A DNA stretch of 64,000 bases. It comes from Chloroflexota bacterium. GTDB taxonomy: Bacteria > Chloroflexota > Limnocylindria > Limnocylindrales > CSP1-4. The stretch lies in the NCBI GenBank assembly GCA_031370565.1, contig JANMQO010000163.1:7576-71575 (forward strand), given 5' to 3'. Under the pieces are notes generated by a model. That model saw only the letters and a list, made by a program, of their open reading frames with translations, made no database searches and had not been told where the DNA came from. Positions 27,627 through 37,640 of the stretch are shown here, one piece after another. A program made the translations under genes and the position numbers. The first letter of the stretch is position 1, and each line of letters starts with the position of its first letter.

Positions 27627-28118
27627 ATGGGGATACTCGACAAGGCACGCCAGGCCGCCGAAGATGCGGCGCAGGCCGCGCGGGCGAAAGCCGAGATGGC
27701 CGCTGCGGTCCTGTCGGATCCGGCCACCGCGGAGAAGGCACACCGCCAGCTCGACACGACCGGCCAGCAGGCGCGCAAGGGGTTCGGCCTGGCCAGGAAA
27801 GGGCTGTCGACGGCGATCGATCGAATCAACCCGACGATCCTCGCCGACATCGTGATCAAGGCGACTGCGCTCCAGGAGCGTGCAAACCGGTCACTGCGAG
27901 AGAAACGCTCGCCGTACCGGATCACCGAGATCGTGATCTCCGCGGCCATCCCGCCCAACGTCCAGTTCTCGATCGGCCGGATCGACGACACCATCGAGCA
28001 CATCACCGACGGTGCAATCGAGTCGTCTGAGCTGGTCGCCCTGCCCGGGCTGACCGAGGGCCCGGTCCTGGCTCTCGATGGCAGTGAGGTCGACATCGAC
28101 GGCTCTGCCGCCGACTGA
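27627..28118 (+). CDS. hypothetical protein (163 aa)
   Basis: GGAGA SD, balanced composition (K, I, D, E), strong GC3 bias. No family was recognised. Confidence 0.5.
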   Translation: MGILDKARQAAEDAAQAARAKAEMAAAVLSDPATAEKAHRQLDTTGQQARKGFGLARKGLSTAIDRINPTILADIVIKATALQERANRSLREKRSPYRITEIVISAAIPPNVQFSIGRIDDTIEHITDGAIESSELVALPGLTEGPVLALDGSEVDIDGSAAD

Positions 28119-28150
28119 CCGTCGTGCCGGCCGAACGGCCGCCCGCGAGC

Positions 28151-29848
28151 CTACCCGCCGGTCAACCAGGCCTCGACATCGGCCAGCGGCCGCACAGACC
28201 GTTCGCCGCTCGCACGCTCGGTGACCTCGGCGCCACCCGCGGCCAGCGAGCGCGGGCTGATGGTCACGATCCAGGGCATCCCGAGCAGCTCCGCGTCGGT
28301 GAACTTCACCCCGGGCGACTCGTCGCGATCGTCCCACAGGACGTCGCGCCCGGCCGCCGCGGCAGCATCGTGGAGCGACTCGGCCACCTCGGCCACCCGC
28401 GGTTCCTTGTTCGCCCCGATCGACACGAGATGCGCCCGGTACGGCGCCACTTCCTCCGGCCAGATGATCCCCTTGTCGTCGTGATGCGCCTCGACAATGC
28501 AGGCGACGTTGCGCCCGACGCCGATCCCGTACGAGCCCATGACGATGGAATGCGCCTTGCCGTCCTCGCCGAGATAGCTCGCCCCGACCGCATCGGTGAA
28601 CTTCGTGCCGAGCTTGAAGATGTTGCCGACCTCGATCCCGTTGCGCAGGATGGCAGGCTGACCGCAGACAGGACAGGGATCGCCCTCCTGGACGTTGGTC
28701 AGGTCGGCGACGACGTCTGGCCTGAAGTCACGCCCCACGTTCACGTTCCGGTAGTGGAACCCTTCGCGGTTCGCACCCGCGACGAGGTTCGCCGAGCGCG
28801 CCACCAGCTCGTCGACCGCGATGACCGTGCCGTGTGCGCCGATCGGCGAGCCATAGCCAGGCTCCATTCCGGCCGCGCGGATCTCCTCGATCTGGGCTGG
28901 CCGGATGCCACCGACCGCGTGCACGGCATTGCTCAGCTTGGTCTCGTTGACGTCGTGGTCGCCACGGACGATGGCCGTGATGAGGCGACCGTCGCCGCTG
29001 ACGAAGAAGGCGGCCTTGGCCGTCCGGTCCGCTCCGATGCCCAGGAACGCCGTGAGCAAGGCGATCGTGGTCGTGCCCGGTGTCGCGACCTCCTCCAGGG
29101 AACGAGCTGGCTCCGGCTCAGGGTCAGGTTTGCGGACCGCCGCCACCTGACGGTTCGCGGCGTACCCGCATGATCCGCACAGCACCAGGACGTCCTCGCC
29201 GGCGGGGTTCAGGAACATGAATTCGTGCGCCTGCGAGCCACCCATGATCCCCACGTCGGAGGCGACCGCGACCGTCTCGATCCCCAGTCGCTCGAACGTG
29301 CGGACGTAGGCGTCATGCTGGGCCTGGTAGCTGACGTCGAGCCCAGCCTCGTCCCGGTCGCAGCTGTAGGCGTCCTTCATGACGAATTCGCGGACGCGGA
29401 TGAGCCCGCCCCGAGCACGCGGCTCATCGCGCCACTTGGTCTGGAAGTGGTAGACCTGCACCGGCAGCTGGCGGTACGACTTCACGAGGTCAGCAAGGAG
29501 GATGCCCACGACCTCCTCGTGGGTCATGGCCAGGACCATGTCCCGGCCGTTGCGGTCCTTGAACCGGGTCATCTCCGGGCCGATCGCGTCGTAGCGACCG
29601 CTCGCCCGCCAGATGTCGGCCGGGTGGACGACTGGCATCTCCATCTCCTGGCCACCGATTCGGTTCTGTTCCTCGCGGATGACCTGCTCGACGCGGTCGT
29701 GGACACGCTTGCCCAATGGGAGCAGCGAATAGATCCCCGAGCCGAGCTGGCGGATGTAGCCGGCCCGGACCAGTAGGCGATGCGAGGGCATCTCGGCGTC
29801 GGCGGGATTGTCTCGGAGGGTACTGAAGAACAGGTGACTCATACGCAT
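28151..29848 (-). CDS. proS: proline--tRNA ligase (bacterial type with INS editing domain)
   Basis: MRMSHLFFSTLRDNPADAEMPSHRLLVRAGYIRQL closely parallels the E. coli ProS N-terminus. Class-II motifs are present. Confidence 0.9.
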   Translation of the reverse strand: MRMSHLFFSTLRDNPADAEMPSHRLLVRAGYIRQLGSGIYSLLPLGKRVHDRVEQVIREEQNRIGGQEMEMPVVHPADIWRASGRYDAIGPEMTRFKDRNGRDMVLAMTHEEVVGILLADLVKSYRQLPVQVYHFQTKWRDEPRARGGLIRVREFVMKDAYSCDRDEAGLDVSYQAQHDAYVRTFERLGIETVAVASDVGIMGGSQAHEFMFLNPAGEDVLVLCGSCGYAANRQVAAVRKPDPEPEPARSLEEVATPGTTTIALLTAFLGIGADRTAKAAFFVSGDGRLITAIVRGDHDVNETKLSNAVHAVGGIRPAQIEEIRAAGMEPGYGSPIGAHGTVIAVDELVARSANLVAGANREGFHYRNVNVGRDFRPDVVADLTNVQEGDPCPVCGQPAILRNGIEVGNIFKLGTKFTDAVGASYLGEDGKAHSIVMGSYGIGVGRNVACIVEAHHDDKGIIWPEEVAPYRAHLVSIGANKEPRVAEVAESLHDAAAAAGRDVLWDDRDESPGVKFTDAELLGMPWIVTISPRSLAAGGAEVTERASGERSVRPLADVEAWLTGG

Positions 29849-29956
29849 GGCAGGTAGGATACGGGCTGGCGGCCGACTCCTGCCGGAAGCCGCGATCCCG
29901 CACCGTGCACCTCGTCGAGATGGCCGCCTGCGCCCGGCGGACGGAGACCGCGCCTC

Positions 29957-30988
29957 GTGCCCTCAGGCTTCACTGCCAGCCTCATCGCTGTGCTCCTCCT
30001 GGCCGTCATCTTCGACTACATCAACGGATTCCACGACACCGCCAACGCGATCGCCACGTCCGTCTCCACCCGGGCCCTCAAGCCCGAATACGCCATCGTG
30101 CTGTCGGCCACGGCCAATTTCGTCGGGGCGCTGACGGGCACCGCGGTCGCCAGCACGATCGCCGGCGGGCTCGTCACGCCACTGCCGGCCGGGGCTGGTG
30201 CGGACGTCATCGACCCGAACCAGCTGGTCGTCATGGCGGCGCTCATCGGCGCCATCTGCTGGAACCTGCTCACCTGGCGCCTCGGCATTCCGAGCTCATC
30301 GAGCCACGCCCTCATCGGCGGCTTGCTCGGCGCGTCGGTCGCCGGCGGTGGCCTCGGGACCGTCCAGGGGGCCGGGGTGTTCAACAAGGTCATCGTGCCG
30401 CTCGTGTCCTCGCCGATCGCCGGGTTCGCCATCGCGTTCGCGCTGATGGTCGCCATCTACTGGCTCTTCCGGCGAGCCCGACCAGCCCGGCTGAACGAAC
30501 GATTCCGTCGGCTGCAGGTCGTCTCGGCCGGGTTCATGGCCTTCAGCCACGGCTCGAACGACGCCCAGAAGACGATGGGTATCATCACCCTCGCCCTCTT
30601 CTCGGCCGGGATCATCCCGAGTCGGGCGATCGTGCCACTGCCGGTCATCCTGCTGGCCGCCACGGCCATCAGCCTGGGAACCATGGCCGGCGGCTGGCGG
30701 ATCATCAAGACCATGGGCCAGGGCGTGGTCAAGCTGGACCCGGTCCATGGCTTCGCCGCGGAGACGACGGCGGCCACGGTCATCCTGGTCGCCTCACACC
30801 TGGGCATGCCCGTGTCGACGACCCACGTCATCTCCACGGCCATCATGGGTGTCGGCAGCGTGGATCGACCCAAAGCCGTGCGCTGGGGACTGGCCGGCAA
30901 CATCGGACTGGCCTGGGTCCTGACCTTGCCGGCCTCGGGGGCCGTTGCGGGCGCTGCCTTCGTCGCGCTCCACGCGATCCTGGGCTGA
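29957..30988 (+). CDS. pit: inorganic phosphate transporter, PiT family
   Basis: GTG start with a GGAGA SD. Duplicated signature GFHDTANAIATSV / GSNDAQKTMG. Confidence 0.85.
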   Translation: MPSGFTASLIAVLLLAVIFDYINGFHDTANAIATSVSTRALKPEYAIVLSATANFVGALTGTAVASTIAGGLVTPLPAGAGADVIDPNQLVVMAALIGAICWNLLTWRLGIPSSSSHALIGGLLGASVAGGGLGTVQGAGVFNKVIVPLVSSPIAGFAIAFALMVAIYWLFRRARPARLNERFRRLQVVSAGFMAFSHGSNDAQKTMGIITLALFSAGIIPSRAIVPLPVILLAATAISLGTMAGGWRIIKTMGQGVVKLDPVHGFAAETTAATVILVASHLGMPVSTTHVISTAIMGVGSVDRPKAVRWGLAGNIGLAWVLTLPASGAVAGAAFVALHAILG

Positions 30989-31002
30989 GCGCGACGGGCC
31001 GA

Positions 31003-31698
31003 TCAGGTCGGGCGACGAAAGACGTAGCCCACGCCGCGGACCGTGTGCAGGTAGGCGGGCGCCCCGGGATCCGCCTCGATCCGGCTGCGCAACCAGTGGA
31101 TGTGGACGTCGACCGTGCGCGTTTCGCCGGCGTAGTCGTAGCCCCAGACCCGCTCGAGCAGCTGGTCCCGGGTGAACACCTGGCCCGGGTGGTGCAGGAG
31201 GAAGGCGAGCAGGTCGAACGCCTTCGGCTTGAGCGGGACCGTCTGGCCATCCTGCAGGAGTCGGTGACCGGCCAGGTCCACCTGGACCACGCCGAGGTCG
31301 ATGACCGCGGGCGGCTCGGTCGCCGCCACGCCACGCTCCGTACGGCGGAGGAGCGCCCGGACCCGGGCCAGCAGCTCGCCCAGGCTGAACGGCTTGGTCA
31401 CGTAGTCGTCCGCCCCGAGCTCGAGGCCGACAATCTTGTCCACCTCGGAGGTCTTGGCCGTCAGCATGAGGATGGGCACCGCCGATTCCGAGCGGACGAT
31501 CCGGCAGACCTCCACCCCGGACAGCTCCGGCAACATGAGGTCGAGAATGATCAGGTCCGGGCGACTGTCGCGGAATCGAGCCAGGCCGGCCCGGCCGTCT
31601 GCCGCGGTGACGACGCGGAATCCCTCCGCCTCGAGGTTCTCGGCGAGTGTCTCCCGCAGGGTGGGCTCGTCATCGACGACGAGGATCGTGCGTGCCAT
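31003..31698 (-). CDS. OmpR/PhoB-family response regulator (PhoP/RegX3-like)
   Basis: Receiver domain LVVDDEP...DLIILDLMLP...K, plus a C-terminal winged helix. It is convergent with pit. Confidence 0.85.
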   Translation of the reverse strand: MARTILVVDDEPTLRETLAENLEAEGFRVVTAADGRAGLARFRDSRPDLIILDLMLPELSGVEVCRIVRSESAVPILMLTAKTSEVDKIVGLELGADDYVTKPFSLGELLARVRALLRRTERGVAATEPPAVIDLGVVQVDLAGHRLLQDGQTVPLKPKAFDLLAFLLHHPGQVFTRDQLLERVWGYDYAGETRTVDVHIHWLRSRIEADPGAPAYLHTVRGVGYVFRRPT

Positions 31699-31757
31699 TG
31701 TCGGCGATGGTAGCCGGCCCGGGTTAACACGGGATCAACGGACGCGCCGGACGGCGG

Positions 31758-33296
31758 TCAGTGGGCCTGCTCGAGCAGGGCGATGGCACCGTCGAGGCGC
31801 TCGAGGGTACGCGTGCGACCGAGCGTGACCAGCGTCTCGAACAGGGGCGGCGTGGCCGTCCGGCCGGTGGTCGCCACCCGGATCGCCATGAACAGGTCGC
31901 CGGCCTTCCAGCCGCGCTGCTCGGCCAGTGCCCGCAGCCCGGCCTCCAGCGAGGCCGCCTCGAACTCGAGACTGCCGTCGCCGTCAACGTCGCCGTCGCC
32001 GCCGGCCGCGATGGGCCGGGCCGCGCTGAGACCGGCCAGCGTCGTCGCCGCGTCCCAGCGCTTGGGGACCAGCAACGCCGGCTCCACCGTGATCCGGTCG
32101 ACGAACAGGAAGCCGACCAGATCGCCGATCGCACCGAGCACCGGCAACCGCTCCTGAACGAGCGGGATGAGCGCCAGCAACTCGACGTCGGTCGGCATCC
32201 GTTCGATCCGAGCCGCGGCCACTTCGGCGGCCAGGAACGGTCTGAGCCGGTCGACCAGCTCGTCCGCGGACAGTTTGCGGATCCATTGTCCGTTGAGCCA
32301 CTCGAGCCGTTCGCGATCGAAGACCGCGCCGCCCTTGTGGACGGCCTCGAGCGCAAAACGAGCGCACAGTGCGTCGAGCGCGAGCACCTCTTCCTCGGTC
32401 CCGGTCGACCAACCGAGCAGGGCCAGGAAGTTGACCAGCCCTTCGCGGATGAAGCCCTCCGCGATGTAGTCCGAGATGGCCGTCTGGGTCTTGCGCTTGC
32501 TCATCTTCGTGCGATCGGGGTTGAGGATGAGTGGCAGGTGGGCAAACCGTGGCTCCGCATAGCCGAGCGCGCGGAACAGCAGGATGTGTTTGGGCGTGTT
32601 GCTCAGGTGGTCCTCACCCCGGATCACGTGACTGATCTGCATGGCGGCATCGTCGACGACCACGGTGAAGTGGTAGAGCGGCGTCCCATCGCCGCGGACG
32701 ATGACGAAGTCGCCGCCGAGGTTGGCCACGTCGATCTCCACCCAGCCGCGTACCAGGTCCTCGAAGCCGACGACGCCCTCCCCCACCCGGAAACGGAGCG
32801 CTGCGGCGCGACCCTCGGCCACCAGTCCGGCTCGTTCCGTGGCGCTCAGCCGGGCGCAGCGGCCGCTGTAGCGGGGCGGCAGCTTGGCCGCTTCGAGTCG
32901 CCGACGCTCCGCGTCCAGCTCTTCTGGGCTGCAGTAACAGGGATAGGCCTGGTCGGCCGACAACAGGCGTTCGGCCTCCGCCGCATAGCGTGGCAGCCGC
33001 TCCATCTGACGATACGGGCCGTGCGCGCCCCGACCCTCCGCCCCGGCCACACCCGGACCCTCGTCCCAGGTCAGGCCCAGCCAGTGCAGACCGTCGAGGA
33101 TATCCCGCTCGTAGGCCAGCGTGGACCGTGCGACGTCCGTGTCCTCGAGCCGCAGGATGAACGTCCCGCCCATGCGTCGGGCGAAGAGGAAGTTGAACAG
33201 GGCCGTGCGCGCCGTGCCGATGTGCAGCGGGCCGGTGGGGCTGGGAGCGATCCGGACCCGGATGTCCGGGCCGCTGGTTGGCAATGCGTCCGTCAT
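31758..33296 (-). CDS. gltX: glutamate--tRNA ligase
   Basis: HIGH-region variant PSPTGPLHIGTART and KMSKR. Confidence 0.9.
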   Translation of the reverse strand: MTDALPTSGPDIRVRIAPSPTGPLHIGTARTALFNFLFARRMGGTFILRLEDTDVARSTLAYERDILDGLHWLGLTWDEGPGVAGAEGRGAHGPYRQMERLPRYAAEAERLLSADQAYPCYCSPEELDAERRRLEAAKLPPRYSGRCARLSATERAGLVAEGRAAALRFRVGEGVVGFEDLVRGWVEIDVANLGGDFVIVRGDGTPLYHFTVVVDDAAMQISHVIRGEDHLSNTPKHILLFRALGYAEPRFAHLPLILNPDRTKMSKRKTQTAISDYIAEGFIREGLVNFLALLGWSTGTEEEVLALDALCARFALEAVHKGGAVFDRERLEWLNGQWIRKLSADELVDRLRPFLAAEVAAARIERMPTDVELLALIPLVQERLPVLGAIGDLVGFLFVDRITVEPALLVPKRWDAATTLAGLSAARPIAAGGDGDVDGDGSLEFEAASLEAGLRALAEQRGWKAGDLFMAIRVATTGRTATPPLFETLVTLGRTRTLERLDGAIALLEQAH

Positions 33297-33388
33297 CGGC
33301 CGATTCTACGGGTCCGAACGAGGACGCGTTCCCCGACGCCAGCCGGGACGCACTCGCGCTGTCCCCGCCCGCGCTCGGGCCGGTCCGG

Positions 33389-34138
33389 TCAGGCGCCGTC
33401 GACGACTGGTCCAGGGACCTGGTGGAACAGCGCCGGGTCCGCTTCACCCGGCAGGACGTGGATGAGCGCAGCTGGCCGGAGCCCGAGAGTGGCTCGGCCG
33501 CGCGGCCCTTCGAGCGTCAGTGAGTCGAGCGACTCGGACCGGGCCAGGATCGTCACGTGGACGCCGGGCAGCAGCGCTCGCGCCTCGAGGTAGGAGAGCA
33601 GGCCCGGGTCCTCCTCGGCTTCCTCGGTGATTCGGTAGATGGTCACTCGGTCACCTGCCTCGCAGGCGCTGAGCCGAATTCCGCTGGGACGGCCGCGGGC
33701 CGTGGCCGCGTCGATCGGATTGCCATGCGGGCACGTCTGTGGGTGGCCCAGCATCTCATCCAGGCGAGCCTCCACTCGTGGGCTGATCGCACCCTGGAGT
33801 CGGGCCGCTTCCTCGTCCGACTCGGCCCAACCGAGGCCGACAACCGCCGTGAGCAACCACTCGAGCAGGGCATGGCGACGGAAGATGCCATCGGCGGCGG
33901 CCCGACCCGCATCGGTCAGGATCAGCTCACGGCCGCCGGCCTGGGAGACGAGCCCATCCGTGCCGAGTCGACGGAACATCTCGCTGGCGGCCTGCGTGCT
34001 CACCCCAAGATGACGGCCAACCTGCGCGGCCGTCACCCGGCAGCCATCGACTGCCATGACCCGCAGCGCGAGCAGGTACTCTTGGGCGGCACTGGACAGA
34101 GCGGACTGGCGGTCGGCGCGGCGGGTCACGGGGCTCAT
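33389..34138 (-). CDS. DtxR/IdeR/MntR-family metal-dependent regulator with C-terminal SH3-like (FeoA) domain; primary metal-site residues diverge from IdeR
   Basis: HLGVSTQAASEMFRRLGTDGLV HTH, RHALLEWLL, CPHGNPI, plus a C-terminal SH3-like domain. Its ATG overlaps the upstream J-protein stop (ATGA). Confidence 0.75.
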   Translation of the reverse strand: MSPVTRRADRQSALSSAAQEYLLALRVMAVDGCRVTAAQVGRHLGVSTQAASEMFRRLGTDGLVSQAGGRELILTDAGRAAADGIFRRHALLEWLLTAVVGLGWAESDEEAARLQGAISPRVEARLDEMLGHPQTCPHGNPIDAATARGRPSGIRLSACEAGDRVTIYRITEEAEEDPGLLSYLEARALLPGVHVTILARSESLDSLTLEGPRGRATLGLRPAALIHVLPGEADPALFHQVPGPVVDGA

Positions 34139-35295
34139 CCTATGCGCGGCCGTCCGCGTCGTGAGTCAGTCGAGCGGCGCAGCGGGCCAACTCGCAGTCG
34201 GTCGAGCGCCGCCCAGACCCGGACGTGTGCCGAGCGGCGGCCCGCCGCACCTGGCTGGTTCGACTCGCCGGCTGGTGTCGCCCCAGCGGTTCCGGAGGGC
34301 GCGGCCGCAGTGTTGGACCCGCCGCTGGACGCAGTGCTCGACGCGGTCGACGGACCGGCGACAGCTTCAGGCCGGGGTTCAGGCCGGGGTTCAGGCCGGG
34401 GCTCGGGCCGGGGACTTTCGGGGGCGGTCGATGGACCGGCGGCAGCCTCCGGCCGAGGCTGCGGGCGAGGGTCCGGCCGGGGCTCGGGCCTGGGGTCCGG
34501 TCGGGGATCGGCCGGGCGACGTCCCGGTCCGGTCGATGGACCTGCCGGATCGGTCGGTCGCTGGTCGGCCCCTGTGGTGTCACCGGCCTGGCGGGCCCCC
34601 GGCGCAACGTCGGCGTCCGGCATCGCCCGCCTGGAGCGCGCCAGGTACTCCGGTCCATGCTTGCGAGGGTCCGCGTATTCCTTTGGGTTGATCGTCCAGT
34701 ATGTCCCGCTGCCGGCGCCGTACCAGCTGGCACCCTCCCAGGCCGGATCGAACGGTTCCCGGTCCGCTCCGTCGTAACTGGTCGAGCCGATCGTCGCCTT
34801 GGAGCGCCGGCGTTCACGTGGACCCGCCCGTGACGCGCCGCCGGTACTGCCGGTGCCGGTGCCGGTGCCGGTGCCGGTGCCGCGACGCTGACGGGTGCCG
34901 CCGCTGTCAGTACCGCTGTCGGTGCCGCCGTCCGCATCCGACGCACGCCCGGCGGCTGGCTCGGCCGACCCGGCCGCGCCCCCTCCGGTCCGACCCCGAG
35001 CTCGAGCGCGGTACGTCTCGCGGGACGCTCGGGTGCGCGGGTCGCCTCCCTCGGTGGAAGCCGGCGGCGTGGCGGGCCGGCTCGCCGGCCCGGCTCGGAC
35101 GGACCACGGTCGGACCGCTCCGTCGACGACCAGCAGCTCGTACGCGGCCTGGATCGCCAGAAACCTTGGCAGGGCGCGCTCCCCGGCGGAATCCGGGTGG
35201 TACTGCTTGGCCAATCGTCGGTAGGCGCGCTTGATCTCGGTGGCGCTGGCGCCGCTGGTCAGGCCCAGCGTGCCGTACGGGTCGGTGACGGTCAT
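34135..35295 (-). CDS. J-domain (DnaJ N-terminal) protein with long Pro/Gly/Thr-rich disordered repeat region
   Basis: DPYGTLGLTSGASATEIKRAYRRLAKQYHPD is a canonical J-domain with the HPD tripeptide. The rest is low-complexity with PEPRPEPRPDPRPQPRPE and (GT)6 repeats. Confidence 0.65.
   Translation of the reverse strand: MTVTDPYGTLGLTSGASATEIKRAYRRLAKQYHPDSAGERALPRFLAIQAAYELLVVDGAVRPWSVRAGPASRPATPPASTEGGDPRTRASRETYRARARGRTGGGAAGSAEPAAGRASDADGGTDSGTDSGGTRQRRGTGTGTGTGTGSTGGASRAGPRERRRSKATIGSTSYDGADREPFDPAWEGASWYGAGSGTYWTINPKEYADPRKHGPEYLARSRRAMPDADVAPGARQAGDTTGADQRPTDPAGPSTGPGRRPADPRPDPRPEPRPDPRPQPRPEAAAGPSTAPESPRPEPRPEPRPEPRPEAVAGPSTASSTASSGGSNTAAAPSGTAGATPAGESNQPGAAGRRSAHVRVWAALDRLRVGPLRRSTDSRRGRPRIG
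34368..34415 (-). repeat. 12-bp tandem repeat (caggccggggtt) x3-4 inside the J-protein ORF
   Basis: Read directly. It encodes the PEPRPE repeats. Confidence 0.75.
34849..34885 (-). repeat. hexanucleotide microsatellite (gccggt)x6 inside the J-protein ORF
   Basis: Read directly. It encodes GTGTGTGTGTGT in frame. Confidence 0.8.
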
Positions 35296-35302
35296 TGCTG
35301 GC

Positions 35303-36456
35303 TCAGCCGATCAGCTCGCCAACCGGGGCGAGCTCGAACTGGGCGACCGCCTCGGCGGCCACCCCACCGTGCGGATCGAGCGACAGCGGCCGATGGTAGC
35401 GGGCCAGCTCGCGCAGCGGTCCGCCATCCAGCACGCCAGTCTGCCGGAGCGCCTCGACCGTGGCCGCCCAGGTGGCTCGGTTGTAGCCGTCCCCGTCCTC
35501 GATCTTGAGCGCCAGGCCCGTCGGTCCGGCCGCGGCGGGGGACCGACTCGCGCTGGACGACCCCATCCCGCCAGAAGCTTCCGATCGAAGGCTTGCCCGC
35601 GGCCCCGCCAGGATCGCCAGGCCGCGCAACGCTTCCATGCCGCCCTTGCTGATGAGCCGGCCGGGAACGGCCTTCATGAGCGAGGTATCGAGGCGCTCCC
35701 GGTTGCCTCCGATCATCTCCGGATGGGCCAGCATCGCATCGCGGATGAGGGTGAGCGCCGGTGCAAGGCTCCGCCGTGGGTCACCAGCCGGGATCGAATC
35801 TGGACCGGCCAGCAGCGCGTACGCCCGGGCGACTTCGCGCAGCGGGAAGGCGTAGGTCGGGATGCCGCAGCCGTCGATCGCGCTGGTCAACCGATCCGGC
35901 CTGGTTCCGAAGGCCCGGGCGACGGCCGTGCGATACGCGGCTTGCGCCGGATGCTCCGCGTGCCAGTAGTCATCGAGCGGCCAGTCGCGCAGGCGGGCAA
36001 GCAGGAGCATCGACGCGTGCTGACCGGAGCACATGTGGCGGACCGGGCCGGCCTTCTCGCCATCACGCGCGAGTCGGGCCGCCGTGAGCGCGTCCAGCGG
36101 CATCCCCTCGGCGCCGCAGGCGAGCTGCTGCTGGCTCAGCCCCGCCCGTCGGAACATGCCCTGGACCGTGCGGACGTGGACGTCTTCGCCAGAGTGAGAG
36201 CTGGCCATGATCGCGATCTCGGCCGTGGTCAGCTCGAAGGCTTCGACGCCACCGGCCTCGATGAGCGCGAGCAGTCCGAACGGCTTCACACAGGAGCGCA
36301 GGGTGACGATCCGGTCGGCGTCGCCGAGCAGCCGAACGATCCGACCGGCCGCGTCGACCTCGACGACATCGCCCCGGTGCACGCTCTCGACGATGCCGTT
36401 TCGGATCTGTCGCACGAGGACCGGCGGCGCGAGCTGCCGGCGCGCGGCGGGACGGG
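35303..36456 (-). CDS. L-asparaginase II family protein (PF06089-type)
   Basis: VESVHRGD...RSCVKPFGLLALIEAGG and HMCSGQHASML motifs. The start is probably GTG 36456 (GGAGG SD). The track ORF extends to 36571. Confidence 0.65.
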
Positions 36457-36746
36457 GCACGGTCACGTCGGGTGGGCCTCCGGGTCGGCTGCGGGTCTGC
36501 GACGGGTGAGCGGACCCGAGCATACCGCGACGCGCTCGCCGGGACCGCGGTGACGCCGCGCAGGGGGGCAAGACGGTCGGGAGGACGCCGTCGAATGACC
36601 TGCAGGGGGCACACCGAGGGCCATCCGATGGGCCACCGACCGTCTGGCGGCACGCTACGCTGACCCCTTGAACCCGTCAATGTCGGCTGGCCGACACTGA
36701 CGGCCCGACGCCCCAACCCGGTGCTAGGATTTCCGAGATCCGCGCG

Positions 36747-37484
36747 ATGCCATCCCCGGAGGACCCCGTGCCCGACTCGCCCCTGGACTCGCCCCTGGAC
36801 CCGCCTGCTGCGCCGCGTCCCAGCACGACATCCGTTCCTGGCTCAGCTGCCCTCGGGCCGACCCTGCACGTCTCGACCCACCCGGCCGTCCTGCACAAGC
36901 TAGCCATCCTGCGCAGCACGGAGACGGAGCCCAAGAAGTTTCGCGAGGTGGTCCGCGAACTGTCCTGGCTGCTGGGCCACGAGGCGCTCGCCGATGCCCG
37001 GCTGCGGCCGATCACGATCGAGACGCCGCTCGAGCCGATGGAGGCGTTCCAGCTGGCTGACCGCATCGGCCTCGTGCCGATCCTTCGAGCTGGTCTCGGG
37101 ATGGTCGACGCCATGCTCGAGCTGATGCCCACGGCACAGGTCTGGCATCTGGGCTTGTTCCGCGACGAGAAGACCCTCCGACCGGTCGAGTACTACAACA
37201 AGCTGCCCGATTCGGCGACCGTGGACCTGTGCCTCATCCTCGACCCGATGCTCGCCACCGGCGGCTCGGCCACGGCCGCAATCGAGGTGCTCAAGCGTTG
37301 GGGCGCCACGCGTATCAAGCTGATCAACCTCATCGCCGCGCCGGAAGGCGTTGCCGCGGTCACGGCGGCGCATCCCGACGTGGACCTCTACTGCGCCGCG
37401 CTGGATCGAGGTCTCAACGACAAGGGCTACATCATGCCCGGCCTGGGCGACGCCGGCGACCGCCAGTTCGGCACGGGTCGCTGA
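36747..37484 (+). CDS. upp: uracil phosphoribosyltransferase (with ~40-aa Pro/Asp-rich N-terminal extension; start uncertain)
   Basis: [12 protein letters not shown]...[19 protein letters not shown]...[13 protein letters not shown]...[17 protein letters not shown] are all Upp signature blocks. The N-terminal extension contains a 12-bp x2 repeat (DSPLDSPL). Confidence 0.85.
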   Translation: MPSPEDPVPDSPLDSPLDPPAAPRPSTTSVPGSAALGPTLHVSTHPAVLHKLAILRSTETEPKKFREVVRELSWLLGHEALADARLRPITIETPLEPMEAFQLADRIGLVPILRAGLGMVDAMLELMPTAQVWHLGLFRDEKTLRPVEYYNKLPDSATVDLCLILDPMLATGGSATAAIEVLKRWGATRIKLINLIAAPEGVAAVTAAHPDVDLYCAALDRGLNDKGYIMPGLGDAGDRQFGTGR

Positions 37485-37516
37485 CGGTCGTCAAGCGGTT
37501 CGTTGTCCCTGAAATC

Positions 37517-37551
37517 GCAGACGGCCGGCCCTCGTCGGGCCGGCCGTCTGC
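37517..37551. terminator. perfect 15-bp stem hairpin between convergent upp and the NMT1-type SBP gene (bidirectional terminator)
   Basis: gcagacggccggccc-tcgtc-gggccggccgtctgc. Confidence 0.6.
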
Positions 37552-37640
37552 GCGAGATCGAAGCTCAGGACCTGACCAGGTCCCGCCCTGAGCGCCCCGA
37601 GCGCCCGCGGCGGAGTCGATGGGAGGTCCCGAGCGCCGGA

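Noticed and set aside
28119-28150. Possible terminator between the hypothetical gene and proS (cggccgaacggccg palindrome)
   Set aside because: The stem is only 5-6 bp, which is too weak to call.
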